DNA of 64,000 bases from Trichosphaerium sp. ATCC 40318 (GCA_038496445.1 JALMLS010000093.1:310001-374000); one strand, 5' to 3'; positions 25,658 through 40,576 are shown, numbered from the stretch's first letter. Made by a program: numbers and translations. Notes: generated from the letters alone by a model not told the origin.

Positions 25658-27587
25658 ATGGACAGTTTAGCAACGCGGCTGTATTTTGGTACAATAGAGA
25701 ACACTTTTAACGCAGTAAACGGTATGCATTGCTAGTTTATTTAGATCTAGTTCTTATTTTTGGTAGGCGACGTTTTTAGCGTTAAAGACCATTCGTTACT
25801 ACAGGAGTACACGCCGGAGAACGAAAAAATTGCTTCTAGCCGATCAGAGCCTCTATCATCATTAGGAGAAGGTAACGAGCTCCAATTACGCGTATTAACT
25901 TACAGAGGTGTAGATTACGCGAACGTTGTAGTCCCTGCTATTCCCACAGTCGATGTAATTTACAAGCGCACAAACGATGGTAAAACTGCCTCAAATATAC
26001 CAGAAACGATGCTTAAACCGCTTTTAAAAGCGAAAGATGGAAAAATAGTAGGACTGCAAAGCGGTAGAAGGTTTGTTTTAACAAATTCTCTATGCTTCGT
26101 TTTAACGTCTTCAAGGTCTGCTGTTCTTTATGCTAATGGTAAATGGTATCGCCTAAAAGGATGTGGAGACTTGTATAATGCATTTCCAATCAGGAACCTA
26201 GAGGTAAGGCAGCATGACACGTGCAATTGCTTAACTTGTTTAGCATCCAAAATATTCTCACTTTGTGGAGGTGAGAGGCTGTATGTTTGAGCATACTTGC
26301 CTTGGGGAACTATATATCACAAGCTTAGTAAGCTCTGTTCTTGATAAGCATAATATGCCATCAGCTAACAAATCCGTTGGTAAGTGACTTATTTTTAGCT
26401 AACAATCACAACATTAACCCAAGTTTGAAAGGCTGGTGGGTTTATGACTTACCAGAACAACCTAAGCCAAAGGTTAAGCGTTATTGTGCATTATACGAAA
26501 CTCTTGGAGATAAGAGACTTGGTGAACATTTGTTAGTTGGGATGGAACGTTTGTTACCGCTTCTTTTTGGTAAGGGTTTTTTTTACAGTTTTTAGAAAGA
26601 AATAATTTGTTTTTAGGTGCCGATTTTGACGCTTCAAGCGTATTAGCAGCTTTCCCAGGAGCTAGAAAAGATCCAAGTGATCCAGAGAGTGTATTTCCTA
26701 CATCTATAGTTGGTTTAGTTGGAGATGGATCGTTTGGTGAATACATCGGTTAGTTCTTTTACTAATTATGTTTGTACCCGCTAATGAGTTTACAGATGTC
26801 CACAAAGTACCTTGTCCATGCAATACAGTCGATCCAAAATTACCTTCAAACGTTGATAGTAAATGGTATGTTCATTACTAAGTCGAAAAGTCTGATTTGG
26901 ATGTTTTTGTAGGGTAGAAAAGTGGGGTGAATGTGCGACTACTTTAAAGACTGAACAAGATATGCGTATGTTAAAGTAATGTGAGTCTTCGTTTCCTAAG
27001 CCTTCTCTACAGGTTCTCTGTTAGCTTCTCTATATTGGATGATAGGAAGAGAATGCGGTAATATACACCGCATTATGGTAGAAAATGGGATAAGTTGGGG
27101 TACATACGAAGACGCTCTTGGATTTCATTGCAATGCACATCCAAACAACTATGTTGTTCTACCAAATGTACGCCTCTTACAGCCTATACATAGTATTGAA
27201 GAAGCTCTAACGCCTACGTAGTTTGAAAATGGGCACTTTTTGGCCCCTCTGGACTTTGACATGGCGTACACTTTTGACAACTTTGTTAAACAAAAAGACG
27301 GTGTAAGAGATGAAGCTATTCTAAAGGAATGGAAGAACTTAGAAAGAAATGCATTAGGAATGGCTTTGGCAGGTGATGATCAAGTTAATTCTGGTGCTAC
27401 TGGAAAGGCAGTATTATCTAAAAGCCTAGAAGTTCTTAAATGTGCACTTCGTGATACATTGATGCTTGGATTTGAATCAGCAACGAGCAACAAAGTTGAC
27501 TTACATCCACTAAAAGAAGGCCAGAAAAAAGCGCTTAGAGCGCTTATAGATATGTCATTAATGCTTACAGCAAGTGACATAGCTTAG
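25658..27587 (+). CDS. Uncharacterised atypical kinase-fold protein, SelO-like
   Basis: SGRRSAVL...WYRLKGCG, EVRGCM, CNAHPNNYVV...LAPLDFDMAY resemble SelO motifs GRA...QLKGxG, RE, HGxxNxDN...IDYG. Confidence 0.55.
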
Positions 27588-27925
27588 TGTATTAGTTGTA
27601 TAAACAAATAAAACAGGAATTGATCCAGATTTATTGTCAATTTTTTTTACTTGCAATTTTGTTGCCAGTAATCTCTATTTTGCAGCGTCTGTAGATGCCA
27701 AATAACAAGTATGCACATTCACGTCTACTGATGTTACCCATTAAGAGACAATATTATCATCTTCGTGTTCTACTGTCCGTAAAATTCTGGTACAATTCCA
27801 CAAACTGTTTTGTGCTTAATTAAATAGTTAAGTCGTTGCCAAATAGAACCAAAATACCGTAACGAGGTTTGACAGAGCTGTGGTTGCCTTACTACGCTTC
27901 GTCGAAGGTTATTTTCGTATAACCG

Positions 27926-30900
27926 ATGATAGCGCGTACTTTGTGCTTAATGGCACTTCTTATCATAGGATTGAAAGCCAAAGATGACAAATGTACGTTG
28001 TTTGCTCTATTCTGAACTTACTTGGCAGTAACGCAGGTATCTGCGAGGTTTCACAAGCTTGTTATGACGTCACAACGCACTGCACTTGGCTACGACATCT
28101 CTCACAAAACCTGGCACCACTACAACACCAAAGTTGTATACTGTGCAAGTTTTACGGATGACGTACGTTCTAAACTATCATTAAACGCTTGAGTACTTCT
28201 CCAGGGTACAGCAGCACGCCAGTATTATCGCATGCTGTTGCACGCTACAGGTTGAGCATCAGGATCATTTAGTTAAACCTACAGCAAGAAAACGGTTCAA
28301 AATAACATTTTCTTCCACATTGTTTTTATGGACATTCAACTCTTTCAACACCTAGCAATGCTAGGTGCGCACTATACCATTCGTTTTATTGATAATTATT
28401 TAGCTAGTAGTTGTGACAGGATTGTTAGAAACTCTTAATGTGTTCCGGTTTAATGAAACAGATCCATACATTGTGTATAAGGCTTCCAACTTGAAAGAAA
28501 GGCCTGGACACATGAGTGCTTTGAATGCTTTGAATACAGTGATTGCTGTTACTATGGAAGGACATTTAAACATGAGGATACAGTTTTTGGATTTGGGGGA
28601 TGATGAAATAGTGCCAAAACAAGTTATTACTATGCCAAAAAAGTACTTTAAAACTATTACAAATATGCAGTTTCATGATGGTCGCTTGCACCTTGTTGGC
28701 ACTCCAAAATCACCAGAGGGTGTTTGTGCTGTGCGTATATCTCTCGAAAGCATTAATACATGGGCTATAGATAAAGTGATTAAATGTCCTCGGATTCCAT
28801 TGGAGATAACACAACGTGAGTAACACTTACTTTTTTGAAAAAAATTGTGGAGTTTCTTTTTTAACATACCTGTCACGTGTTACCGGGATTATCGAAACCT
28901 TACTTTTTAATCATTGCACAACAGCGATAGCACGACCTGTTGATTATTTGTGTTTAAAGGACGTTCTGATTATGTTGTAGTTGTGTTGTCTTCTGGTGAT
29001 TGGATATTCCTTGCTAAAACGAATCATGCTCCGTTTGTTTTTGTCTGGAGTGATAAGTCTAAAAACGCTTCTGTGGTTATTGATAAATACGAAGTACAAT
29101 ATCAACTGCAAATGGTAGAAGTACGTTGTTCGGTGATACTTGGCAAAAGGTATTCGACTTTTACAATGATTTCTTGTTCTTGCTTTTTTCTTCTTTTCGT
29201 TTATTAATCAATTACACTCATACACGTTAAGATATGCAAATAAATTATGCTTGTGTTTTACAACTGGAGGATCTCAGCTGACATACATTGTTTTGGAGGA
29301 CTATGGATTACCGAATAGAATCTCAACTCCGAACCTGATATTTCCTAACACTTATGCACATTACTCAGAAGATAAGTATCAGCGACTTACTAACTGGATA
29401 TCTGGAGATCCAGAAACCCCTTTGTTCATGGCAGCTACTTTTAATGTATGTTTTTAAAGATACAATCGAATCCACTAACTAATTTATTTTTAAACAGAAG
29501 TTTCACTGGAACATGACTGACTCATTCACAACTTTGACACCAGCGCCTCCAGGATTTTATGCACAATGTACATATATTAATATAAGGACGCTATTATTTA
29601 CTTATTGTACAGATAGCTATGGTGAGCAAGTAAAATATGGTACTTGCCCACCAGGTACTTTCAAAAATGAAACAAGTATTTCTTGGTGCCAGTTTTGTCC
29701 GGAGGGTACCTACCAACCAAGGCAAGGTATCGTCCACTTCTCATACTTATAACCTTCTAAGGCGTTTCGTAGGTTCTATAACATGCCTTAAATGTGATGA
29801 AGGCATGTTCTGTCCTTACGGTTCGCAGAAGCAGCGTCCTATGTCTGAAATTACTATTGACTCAGAAGAATGGTATCCATTCTATGATGTACGTTAGTTT
29901 AAACTTGCATTGATTATTAAGACTTTGTAGATAACTCAGTTGAGTATAAAAAAGGCATTCTTCAACCTTATTATAGACATGAGAAATCATGAAAACTTCT
30001 TTATTATTACTGTGACCATTGCAGTATTTTCACTTACTCTAAGCATAATTGCGTTTTTATGCACGTTGCTGAAGAGAGGCCTTTGGTTTACTAATTTTCT
30101 ATCCTATTTGACAATTCACAAGTTTCCTACGATTGCACATACACGGCAAGTACAAAAAAATTAGCATTGAAAAATGTACTGACTAGAATTCTTTAGTGCT
30201 TTAAGGTTAGAATGGAGAGGATCCTCTTTGGGCGGTATTATAACCATTACTTTGGGTCTTCTTGTATTGCTTGCATGTGCAGCATGTGTTGAAATATTTA
30301 TTGACTACAAGCAAACGCCTTATGATATCAACTACACTGAACAAGACAGTAAGCAGCTAAATGCTATTCGGACAACTTCGTTTATTGGTATAAAAACAAA
30401 TATATCACAATCAATCCAGCAACAGTATAAAACTATTCAAAAGTACGTTATCTCCGCCTTATTTAAACTGACATGATTTAGATCATTATCTGTCAATGTA
30501 CGTGAGCATACTTTACAATTATATTCGCCGAGTTCTTGATTTGTTTAGGAATAGCTAACGTTACTAGATGAATATAACTTTTCTAAACATGATGATCTAT
30601 GGCTGGAACACAACTGGGATGAACCTTTACATTAGTACTGGTCTTGGCAAAGACACTGTAACTCGTTTGCCACTCAGTTTAGAGGCTACTGATCATAAGT
30701 ACGATTTTATTTTTGGTTTTTAGACTTAATCACGTGCAGGGTCAATATTCAACTTAGAGCGGAAGAGTTTCATAAAATATCAGCAATTACGATTCAATTT
30801 TCACGTCCTGGTGTAGATCAGTTTTGCCATGTTCACTACAATGGTATTCGATTAGAAATAGCAATGACCACAAAACTCTATGGCAAAGAAATAAGTACTA

Positions 30901-31578
30901 TCACAGAATATTCCTTTTCACTACTCCGCTGTATTTAACACTTATAGCGTCTAAACTATACCGAACGTTTGTGCCAACCAGTGATTTATACTTACCTACA
31001 ATAAAGCATGGTTTCAAACTGACAAGCACTACTGTCTTACGCGACAGTAAAAATCACAATGACCAGATATCAAAATCTGGTACACTTGTAAAGTTGACTG
31101 AAGATCTAACCTAAGAAATTAGGATACATAGGTATCTTGGTATCTGAACACATTGAAGGTGATGCAGAGGCAATAAAGTGTTGTGATGATGCAAGATTAT
31201 ATACAGAACCGTTTAACCCAGCGTAACAACTTTTAAGAAAAAAAAGAGAAAAATAACATCATGACACGTTTTTTGTAGGATAACGTTATCTTTTGAAAGG
31301 GATTCAGTACTTGTATACGAAGTAGAAGATCGCTCTATACACTCCCATGGTAAGTAATAATACTTATAGTAGACAACACAAGATATAGCGCCCTAATCAC
31401 TTGGGTAGATATATTTTTTGCCATTTTGTTCATTTTTACTGTACTATGGGCATTTGCAAATGGTTCAGGTAATGTCTTAAGGATTGTACACCAAAAAGTA
31501 TATAATTACTACAGAAACAAGAAAGAAAAGGAATATGAACGAATACCAAGTTTTGTAGAGCAAGATGTTACCAATTAA
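27926..31578 (+). CDS. Large membrane protein with signal peptide and Cys-rich (GCC2/GCC3, ephrin-receptor-like) repeats
   Basis: MIARTLCLMALLIIGLKA; CPPGTFKNETSISWCQFCPEGTYQ...CLKCDEGMFCPYG; TM helices near 30000, 30240 and 31420. Confidence 0.65.
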
Positions 31579-32053
31579 CACTTATTTCATTATTGAAGAA
31601 AATAGTTTAATAAACCAAAGCCATTTATTAAGAGAAGTTGTCAAGTGTCAAGCATAGTCATCGAATTCACTGCTACCAAAAAAATGGGATCTGGCAGTGT
31701 ACGTCCCATGTTATAGGAGCAGGCTTAAATAGTCGAGACGGATGTTTTGTCGATATTTTTAGCAACGATTTCCAAGCCATTCCTGTGGCTTTACCACAGC
31801 GGTGTCCAGTGATTGTTCGAATAAATATTCTCAAACGTGGGACAACGAATACAAGCAAGTAGAGTCTATGTTAGCTTTCGGTCACCACAGCTGATGACAG
31901 CTGCGAAAAACCCCAAAAACTAACTTAACCAGAGTTTGATGAGCTTAACGTATCTGCTGAACTCAGATTTTAAGTTAAACGCCATACTAGCCACTTTACG
32001 TTATAATCAGCGTATATTCAATTATAAGTGCTCGGTAGTGACGTTAATAGCAA

Positions 32054-33289
32054 ATGGCTTCATTATTTGCATACAATTGCCTTAAAAAAGGTTACAACGC
32101 TTTAATGTACGCCTCCGGCTTCATAACATACCCGCTATTTCGTATTTGGCGATATTTCTTCCCTTACTCATCTTTCGGCAAAAAGGCTAGCGAAGGTACG
32201 TTCTTGTTGCGGCGCTTACAGCGTATATTGTATTTTTAGCATTTGTACCGTTGCTTTTGGACGGTTTTTCGTTTACGGTAGTACAAAACGGCCTATAAGA
32301 TTATACACAAGTGCTACGTTATGTTAACGTTATTATTCCTAGATATAGTACATTATTATCCAAACGGAAGGCTGCAAATCAAGATTGAAATGAAGAATGG
32401 AGTTGCTAATGGTAAAAGGATAGAATGGTACAAGAATGGTAATAAAAAGAAGTATTGTGAAGTAGAGAATGGTATAAACCAAGGAAAAACAATAGAGTGG
32501 CATGAGAATGGAAATAAAAGAACAGAAAGCTATTATGTTAATGGAAAATGTAACGGACTAACCAAGTTTTACCATAAGTCAGGGTACTTACTTAATGAGT
32601 TCACAATGAAAGATAATAAAATCCATGGATCTTATTCAATATATTGGCCAAATGGTACAGTTCTAGAGAGAGGTACAATGGACGAAGGAAAGAAGAATGG
32701 TAAAGTTGAAAATTACCATAAAAACGGAAAAACAAAACAAATAGCACAGTACAAAGATGGTGTAGTTTCTGGTCTTGTAAAAGAATTTTACCAGGATGGA
32801 GTATTTTCAGGAGAATGTAATTTTGTTGATGGTCAAAAACAAGGTGTTCTGAAAAAATTCCATCGTAATGGTAACCTTAACATTGTCCAAACATTAGAAA
32901 AAGGAAAGAAATCTGGAGAATCAAAGAAATTTTATCCAGATGGTTCTCCAATGAGTTTGGAGTATTATGACCCTCCTGATATTAAACATGGTGAACACAA
33001 GTATTGGTATAATGATGGACAACTCAAAAGTCGTTCCATGTATGAACACGGGACAAAAGTCGGTGAGTTTATCCAGTACTTTGCAAATGGACAACTTGCT
33101 ACAAAATGCGTTTATGATAAGTCAGGTTATTTACATGGTAATGCAAAGATATGGTTTTTATCTGGTGGATTGAATAAAGACTACAATGCAATCCATGGTA
33201 AAAGGCACGGATCTTATAAAGAGTGGAAGGAAGACGGGTCAATCGCTATTGATTGTGTCTATGAGAATGGTAAAGTTAAAATACAATAA
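32054..33289 (+). CDS. MORN-variant repeat protein (about 13 repeats)
   Basis: Long exon of YxNG.....Y.NG..xG repeats; short first exon at 32054. Confidence 0.85.
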
Positions 33290-33469
33290 ATATTTTATTA
33301 GAACCCACTGTTATTCCTTCGCTTGTTTTTAGTTTGTTTTGGTATGTATTAGATTGGTTGTAGTTTGACATGGAAATTGAGGAACTTTGTTGTGGAGTTA
33401 TATTTGCACATGCTGTAATACGTAAACATACAATTAATAAACAGAAACTTAAAACTAGCAACCAGTCTT

Positions 33470-33990
33470 GTGACTCCGTTACAAATGCGATGCCTAATCA
33501 AGTTGCCATTGTCTCTCCATTCCTTGTACTCACTCTCTATCTAACAGTTGATGTAATGACACTGCTTACTCAATACACCATTTTGATGCCACTCATTATG
33601 CTCCCCTTCTTTCTTACCATCAACATAATAGCGCACAATTGCCATTGGCGTACCATTGTACTCGCCTCCTAGCTAATCATTGTATTGACATTGCTCATGC
33701 AATTGTCCATTTTGGTGCCAGCTCTTGACCTTGCCTTGGCATTCACCATTGACGAAATTACGTTGCTGTTTCAGTTGATCTTTCCTGACCATTCTCTTTC
33801 TTACCTTCTTTTTTTCCGCTGTAATTTGTATGTTAAATAACCACTTCTAAACCATACGCTGCTGCACTCCTTCTAAGGTACCATTTATGTACGGATACTG
33901 AATCCATAGATTACTGTTTTGATAGTGTACATTTAACATAAACTTCTGAGTCTAAATCTACAATATCAAGCTTTAGTTCAACTGTAAGTA
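33470..33990 (-). pseudogene. Pseudogene of the F-box-like/MORN family
   Basis: LTVELKLDIVDLDSEVYVK, then KSWHQNGQLHEQCQYND* and EWHQNGVLSKQCHYINC*, with in-frame stops and frameshifts. Confidence 0.75.
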
Positions 33991-34201
33991 CTAATACATG
34001 ACAGTTATCCATTTTAATCTTGTGTGTATGACTACTCGTAGTTGATGCTATTCATGAATTTGCTAGTGACAAACATACATTTGACTTCTAATTTATAAGC
34101 TCACAAACCACAATAAATGAGTCACGTGAAAAAGAATTAGTTTTATTTTTATGAAATGATAGCAGCAACATGATTCTGTCGCACAACTTGATGTGGTTGT
34201 T

Positions 34202-37200
34202 TTAATTGTTTGCAATCCACTGCATCTTCAAAGTGAGTTCGCCACTTGTAATCTATGAAAGTAAAGCTTTAGTTAGTGACACAAATTGAGGAAAATATTT
34301 TGACGTAACTGGGTATTTCTTTTTGGCACGTTTTTGAGGATCAGAGAGTTCGAAAGTACGGGAAAATGATCCTGCAGATTGTTTCTCGATAACATCACTT
34401 GAGATTTTTATCTCAGATTGTCCCATGAATGTACCAACTCCAAATCTACTCCAATGCGAGCAAACCACATTGATGGTTTCTTCAGAATTACATTCTCTTT
34501 AGAAAGAAACAACAAATTAGCACAAGTAATAAAGTGTTTTAGAAAATCAGTGTCGAGTGTATCTATCGTACATTTCAATTTCTTTCTTCCATTTAGGCGC
34601 CTTTATTTTTTTCACGTGTGAAGTGATAGCTCCTTTAATCTCTTCGCCATTTGAACGTTCAAAATAAACTTGAGGACAAGTCTTATTATTCTCTAAATAA
34701 TGATTAAAACAAATACTCGGCCATTGAACAATCTCAACGAAAATTATAATTGTTGACGTACTCTCTACTGCTACCAAGCTTTTTCCTCTTATCTCGGTTA
34801 TCTTCAAAATCCCTTGAATTGGTTCAGGTTCTTGCTCTATTTCACTTGTGGCGTATGTGACAAGGTCATCAAGCTTGTCTATTGTCTAAGTAGAATACTT
34901 AGAAAAAAAACCAATCATTGCAGATGTTTTTATCTTTGTCAAGACATACAAGCACATCAGTAAGCTCAGCTTTCTTTGCCTGTGGCTCCAAAACGGCTGG
35001 ATCGTCACAGAAGAATCTAAGTTCATTCTTCCATCCTAATTCGTTCTTAACTTTCTTGATGAGATCCATCTTTTCTTCAATTTCTTCTGTATGTTCATCA
35101 GCCACTGGAACAAAGTATAGTTAGTATTATGATAGTATAAAAATTTACTGTACAGAAATGAGCTAGAATACGTATACTCCTAAAAAATTGGTGTTAGCCA
35201 TGCAATGATGTATAGAAAAGGGTTGCACTACTTTTCGTGAATGTATGATTTTTGTGATACGAAAATTGGTGTAAAAAATCACCAAAAAAATAATTAGAGA
35301 AAGTTTGGAACAGTAGTGCAGGCTTCAATATTTGAATGAGTTAACAAAATACCCTGCTTGGTTTCCAATGTTTTTGTTTTTCTCAATTACGTCGGCAGCC
35401 CATTCTATTGAAGCTATTTTACAAGAAAGTTAATAACAGCCTTTGAAAGAAACCAAAAAAAGAACGTAATCATACTATCAAACTTTTCTGCATCATCATT
35501 GTCGTCAAAGTCAATCCAACGTGCTACAACAATGCCATTATTTTGAATCTTTCGAATAGCTTCCTATTAAAACAGATCAATCAAAAAAAAATCACGTGAC
35601 AGTTTTTTTTTTTTTTTCAAGACTTAATTAACGTACATCAACCTCATTTCCATACGAGTCACCAATCCATAAAAGTGTCACACAGCGACAGTACCTAAAT
35701 AACCTTAGCGATTCCAATAACAATACCCAAAATGTGTGGTATTGTATTCACTCACGTGGTCAGGTACTTCTCACGTGATGATGCAGCAGCATTTGGATGA
35801 GCAGATATGGTTTCATCATCAATCAAATTTTTCTTTACACTTTTTAAATGCTTGTTTGAGGTGTACACCATAACCGGCACCTACAGCTGTTAACAAACTT
35901 TTCTCTACCGTGTCTCTTAATTAAGGAACGTTTGCTTACTTTGATGTCTTCTGTTAAGAGCTGTTGTATGAGATACTTGTAAGCATCATCTTCGTCTGCC
36001 TGATCTTTGTCCAATGGATGGTTTTTGTTACAAATTAGCCTCTAAATATCGTTTCAGTATATGAGCTTAGAAAGACCTCACGTACCCAACGCCACATAGC
36101 TGATACATCTCTAGCCTCAGGACGGAAAGCCATGAGATCCTGGAACACCTAAATCGAAAGAGTTTAGAAGAGACAACCAATATTTAAAAAACCGTTTTGT
36201 TTTCATCCGTACTTCTGTGTAGCATGTACGTTGTACGATAACTACGTTCTTTGTATCCTTCACAATCTTTTTTATGGTAGCATCTGTGCAAAGAAAGATA
36301 AGCAAAAATATAAAACTATTTTATTTCATTTGAAAGCTGAAGCAGGTTTTTTGGATAGAAAAAAAAAAATCACGTGTTAGAGGCAAAAAATTTGAGTTTA
36401 GTTTAAAGGTGTAAAGACATACCATTATTTTCTGGGTGAGGATCAAGCCACGTGATAAGTCTAGAGGAGTATTAGTGCGACTCGTAATTATATCTGGTGG
36501 CGGCAGATATAAAAAAAAGTTCGAGTTTGTGTACTGAAGGTCTTTGTCTTCTTTGATCATTGACATCAATCCCTCCTCTTTATGCACTAGTTCGATGTGT
36601 AAGTAATAAAACGATTGAATACACTTTTTGGAGCTTACTAAACATATCGTGGACTTCACGACGTGATGTCGCTCTCATTACGTCACCGTCGCTTGACAAG
36701 CTGAGCGAACCAACCAAAAGTGTCTGAACTGTGTCTGTCAATCTGTCGTCCATATTCTAACTGCTGTTAGTAACAAAGTAGACAATGCATTTGCTTCAGT
36801 ACAAAAAAGTCATCGTTAGCCGATTGAAGAGCAAATATTTTTCCAAACATGTTGTTTTTAGTGAACTTGCTGATAAAAGCAAGAGCCTCTTCGCTGATTT
36901 GCTGTAATTTCTTCAAAGGAGGTAGTGGCGAGTCTAACATTCTTATCATCCGTTGTTTTTTATCATCTGCAATAAAATCTTGTTAGTTATGGTTGAAACA
37001 GGTTTAAACGTCACCTTGTAAAATATCATTGAGGCTGTTGAATCGGGTTACAATATGAGAACATAGCTTCTTATTATGCTTTACGTCGTCAATAATACTA
37101 TTAAGGTTCTCAACCAACTTGTTAATCTTCTTTAGAGTGTCATCAACATCCTTCATGACTGTTTCTTTGTCAGGTTTGTCTACAGGTTTGCCTTCAGGTT

Positions 37201-39074
37201 CTCTGATTTCCACAACAACAGGAGGTTTAGGTGCATCTATTGTTCTTTTTTTGGTTTTTCGCTTTGGCGTTGGTGTTATCTGTTGTAACTTATAATCGTC
37301 TAGATTGTATCCGAACATGTTTGCGAGTTTGGTTGGTGTTATAGATGACTCACTCTTTACTGTAGTCGATGCCCCTAAAAAAATGTCAGCAACAGAAATC
37401 AAAGACATTGAACCAGCAGTACCTTTAGCGAGCAAGAAAATAATAACTGCTTCATTTTTTGCTGCAATAGCATAGAACAGCGGAGTATCTCCTCTATTGT
37501 TTGTAGCTTCTAGTGATGCGCCTTTTTCAAGAAGAATCTTTGCGTTTTCGATAGTACCACGTGCTGCTACCAAATGAAGTGCAGTTTCTCCGTCTTGATG
37601 ACACAGTTGAGTTTTTTTCTTTTTCGTTTATTGAGACGTACATGTAGTTTTTCCATCAGGTCCTAGTGTAGCTAGAGTATACTCAAAGACAAACATCCCT
37701 GGTTGATATGCATTATAAACTCCGTTACGTTGAGTGTAAAACTGAGAATTAGCTAATCATTAGTTAGTACAGATCCACAAACAAAAAAAAACCACGTGTA
37801 CATTGAAACTGTGTCCCTGGGAAAAGATTAGTTTGACTGTCGGTAGCATCCAATGGGCGATAGTAGATATCATCCATTGGTGTACCAATAGCTTTACAAA
37901 ACCGTGAGAATGTATAAAAAAGCAGTTTGCTGTACCCATAGGTTCCACATTGGTTGTTGTCTCTCTATAATACGTTACTAATACAGTATTGGAATATCCT
38001 TGCACTAGTGCGACAATTAACAGAATGATCTAGAGGAACAAATAAAACGCACCAGCTTGTACGAACATTCCTAATTTCATGGGATCGTCATAGACTGGCA
38101 TTTTTATTTTAGGAATAAAAGAAGTGTTAGCATTGTCTACCTCAACGGGTGTAATTTCGCTGTTGCTGTTTTCTTCGACAAAATATACACTGCAAGGAGG
38201 GATAAATCTTGCTCCTCCAATCATTTGAGCTAGTAGAATATTTAGAAAATTATAACTTCGTATCACGTGATAGAAATCAAAAGTGTAATAACCAACATGA
38301 ATAAATGATTTACGTTACTGACTGTACACTGAGTACCAAGTAAAAAACGTACTTGTTACAGACTCTCCACATTTTATTCTTGGGTGCGATAAGAATTCTA
38401 TACGAGGCGGCATTACACTACATCCTGTATTAACAGTCAGGGTTATGTAATAACTTGTAAACACTTTACCTATCCAATCACTTGCTGTTATTCTCACTTG
38501 TAATATCACCAACGGATTCGTGTTACCGTGCTATAACTCTTAAATGGAAGATACAAAACAAACAAGCGTACCATTTTATGACACACATAAAACTCAAGAA
38601 GACACTTCATGTCAGACTGAGTACCATTAAAAGTTTTTAGGCCTAAAATACTATTAGTTTATTACATTGGTTTAAACAGGTAGCAACGCTTACCTATCTG
38701 TAACGCATCATAGCAAGCGATTCCATGATAAAAATGTCTCTCGTACGGTGAAAGCGCAAATTCTAATGTTTAGAGCACGTGATTAAGAGAAAAACTTGAA
38801 AAACTAAAAAGTTCACCGTACTATCTTCTAACGACAACTGTCGCGTTGGATGGCTTTCTTTGGGTGTTATGACGCATATTACATAGTAATCCGCCTCGTT
38901 TAAGCTCTTGTTGGTCTAAACTAGCGTCAATACTATAAAAAAACAATCTCACGTTACCAGTCTGATTTGAGGTGGGTCCAAAAAAATTTTTGTACCACAA
39001 ATCTCGGTTCCACGGAAGTTTATGGGCGTTTGTATGTTGTCTGAAGAGAGTAATTCCGCAATGGGCTCAGACAT
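34202..39074 (-). CDS. Gene A (left copy): variable N-domain + ankyrin + MLKL-like four-helix bundle + receiver-like alpha/beta region + C-terminal C2 domain
   Basis: Starts MSEPIAELL; DGETALHLVAARG/GDTPLFYA (ANK); VKHNKKLCSHIVTRFNSLNDIL...ISEEALAFISKF (4HB); GILKITEIRGKSLVAVE...TFMGQSEI...SGELTLKMQW (C2). Confidence 0.75.
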
Positions 39075-39274
39075 TTTCTTTATGCTTTGTATCTTGTAGA
39101 GAGACAGATAAATGGCTCTCAATAAGTCTCACGACTCGAGCCGTTTTTACTGCGACTTATCCATTAAAATGTGTACCTTTATTTCAAAAGGAACTATTAT
39201 AATAACGCAACCACAACACTTGGTATCACTAACAAACATTATGCTAAACACTAACATTAATTAGAAGCTTACAA

Positions 39275-40576
39275 ATGGCAAACGTTGAAGTGGGTAAATT
39301 GATTATAGACAGAGCCAACGACTTCAAGCAGTGGAATCCTTGCATACCTCCTCGATTTTTTGGTGGTACGTCGTACCGCTTATTGCTTTTACCGTAATTT
39401 GTTCATTCAATAAAATCTACTAGATGGAGATACGGCGCTTCATTGGGCTGCGTTGAACGGTGTTAAAACAATACTAATAGATAATATTGACAGAATAGAT
39501 GTTAACCACGCTAACAATAACGGTGAGACTCCATTACATTTAGCCGCGGCGAATGGAGACGTATGGATAATCAAGTTTCTTGTGGAAAAAGGCACGTGAT
39601 AATTTTTTTTCGTCTTTTTTTTCGCTTGAACCGCGATCTTAAAGTACTTTAGGCGCCAGGTCTAGTAAAACAAATAATGGCAAGACGCCTGAAGAAATCG
39701 CGAAACAAGCACACAGGGAAGACCCACAACTATTAGCGAAAATTCTACAAGCGTTATGGCCTTGTCCCGTGCGTAGAGAAATACAAGAACAACATCAAAT
39801 GAATCACCTCGCCACCGCAATGGCGACAAGCGACGATCCTATGGAATTCACAACAAACTGTAAGTTCACTGAAATACAAGAAAAACCCTGAGATGTGTTA
39901 ACAATTATTAGTTCCACCGCATGTCAAGGCGAATGAATCTAGCCCTGAAGAATGCAAGTACATGTACGCAAAAACGGTAACGCAAGTGAGGAATAAGGTA
40001 CGAACGACCTCTAAGAACAAAGTACACTGAAAGTTGTTGTAAACTAACTGTAACTTTAGTCACCAATTGTATGGAATAAAAAGGCTGTAGACAAAAATGA
40101 TGAAGAAAGGGAACCAATCACTTTTTCTTTACGTACAGGCGTAAATTACGAATGTTATGTTTCCGGCAATCCAAAACTCAAAAAAGATAAATTTGATGCT
40201 TGCTCTTTTTATTGTGCCGATGAAGGTATTAATAATGATCATGCACAAAATGGTCTTAAGATAAATCAGTGGTTCACTTGTGGTGAAGATGATGATAGCA
40301 TTGGGTATAATATTTTGCTTGCTTTCGCTTTTCCTGGAGAGTACTTTGCTACATTCCGGAACAAGGACACTAATGAAATAGTATGCTTGATTAAGATATA
40401 CGTTACAAGTTGTCGACCTGCCAAACACGTGGACACAAGTGATCATATTGTGATATGTACTTCCAAAACAGATATAAGAACAAAGCATGAAGAAAAAGTA
40501 AAGGAGTTGATAGTAAGTTGTTTTTTTTCTTTTTACTTACTTTTTGGTCTTTGACTTATTTCAAAAATAGGCTTAA
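39275..40576 (+). CDS. Gene B (left copy): ankyrin repeats + uncharacterised C-terminal domain (3' end approximate)
   Basis: DGDTALHWAALNG, NGETPLHLAAANG, NGKTPEEIA; C-domain ...GYNILLAFAFPGEYFATF... Confidence 0.75.

Noticed and set aside
32321-33289. MORN-variant genes as bacterial YwqK antitoxins or contamination
   Set aside because: They have spliceosomal first introns and sit among eukaryotic genes; no adjacent bacterial toxin or operon.
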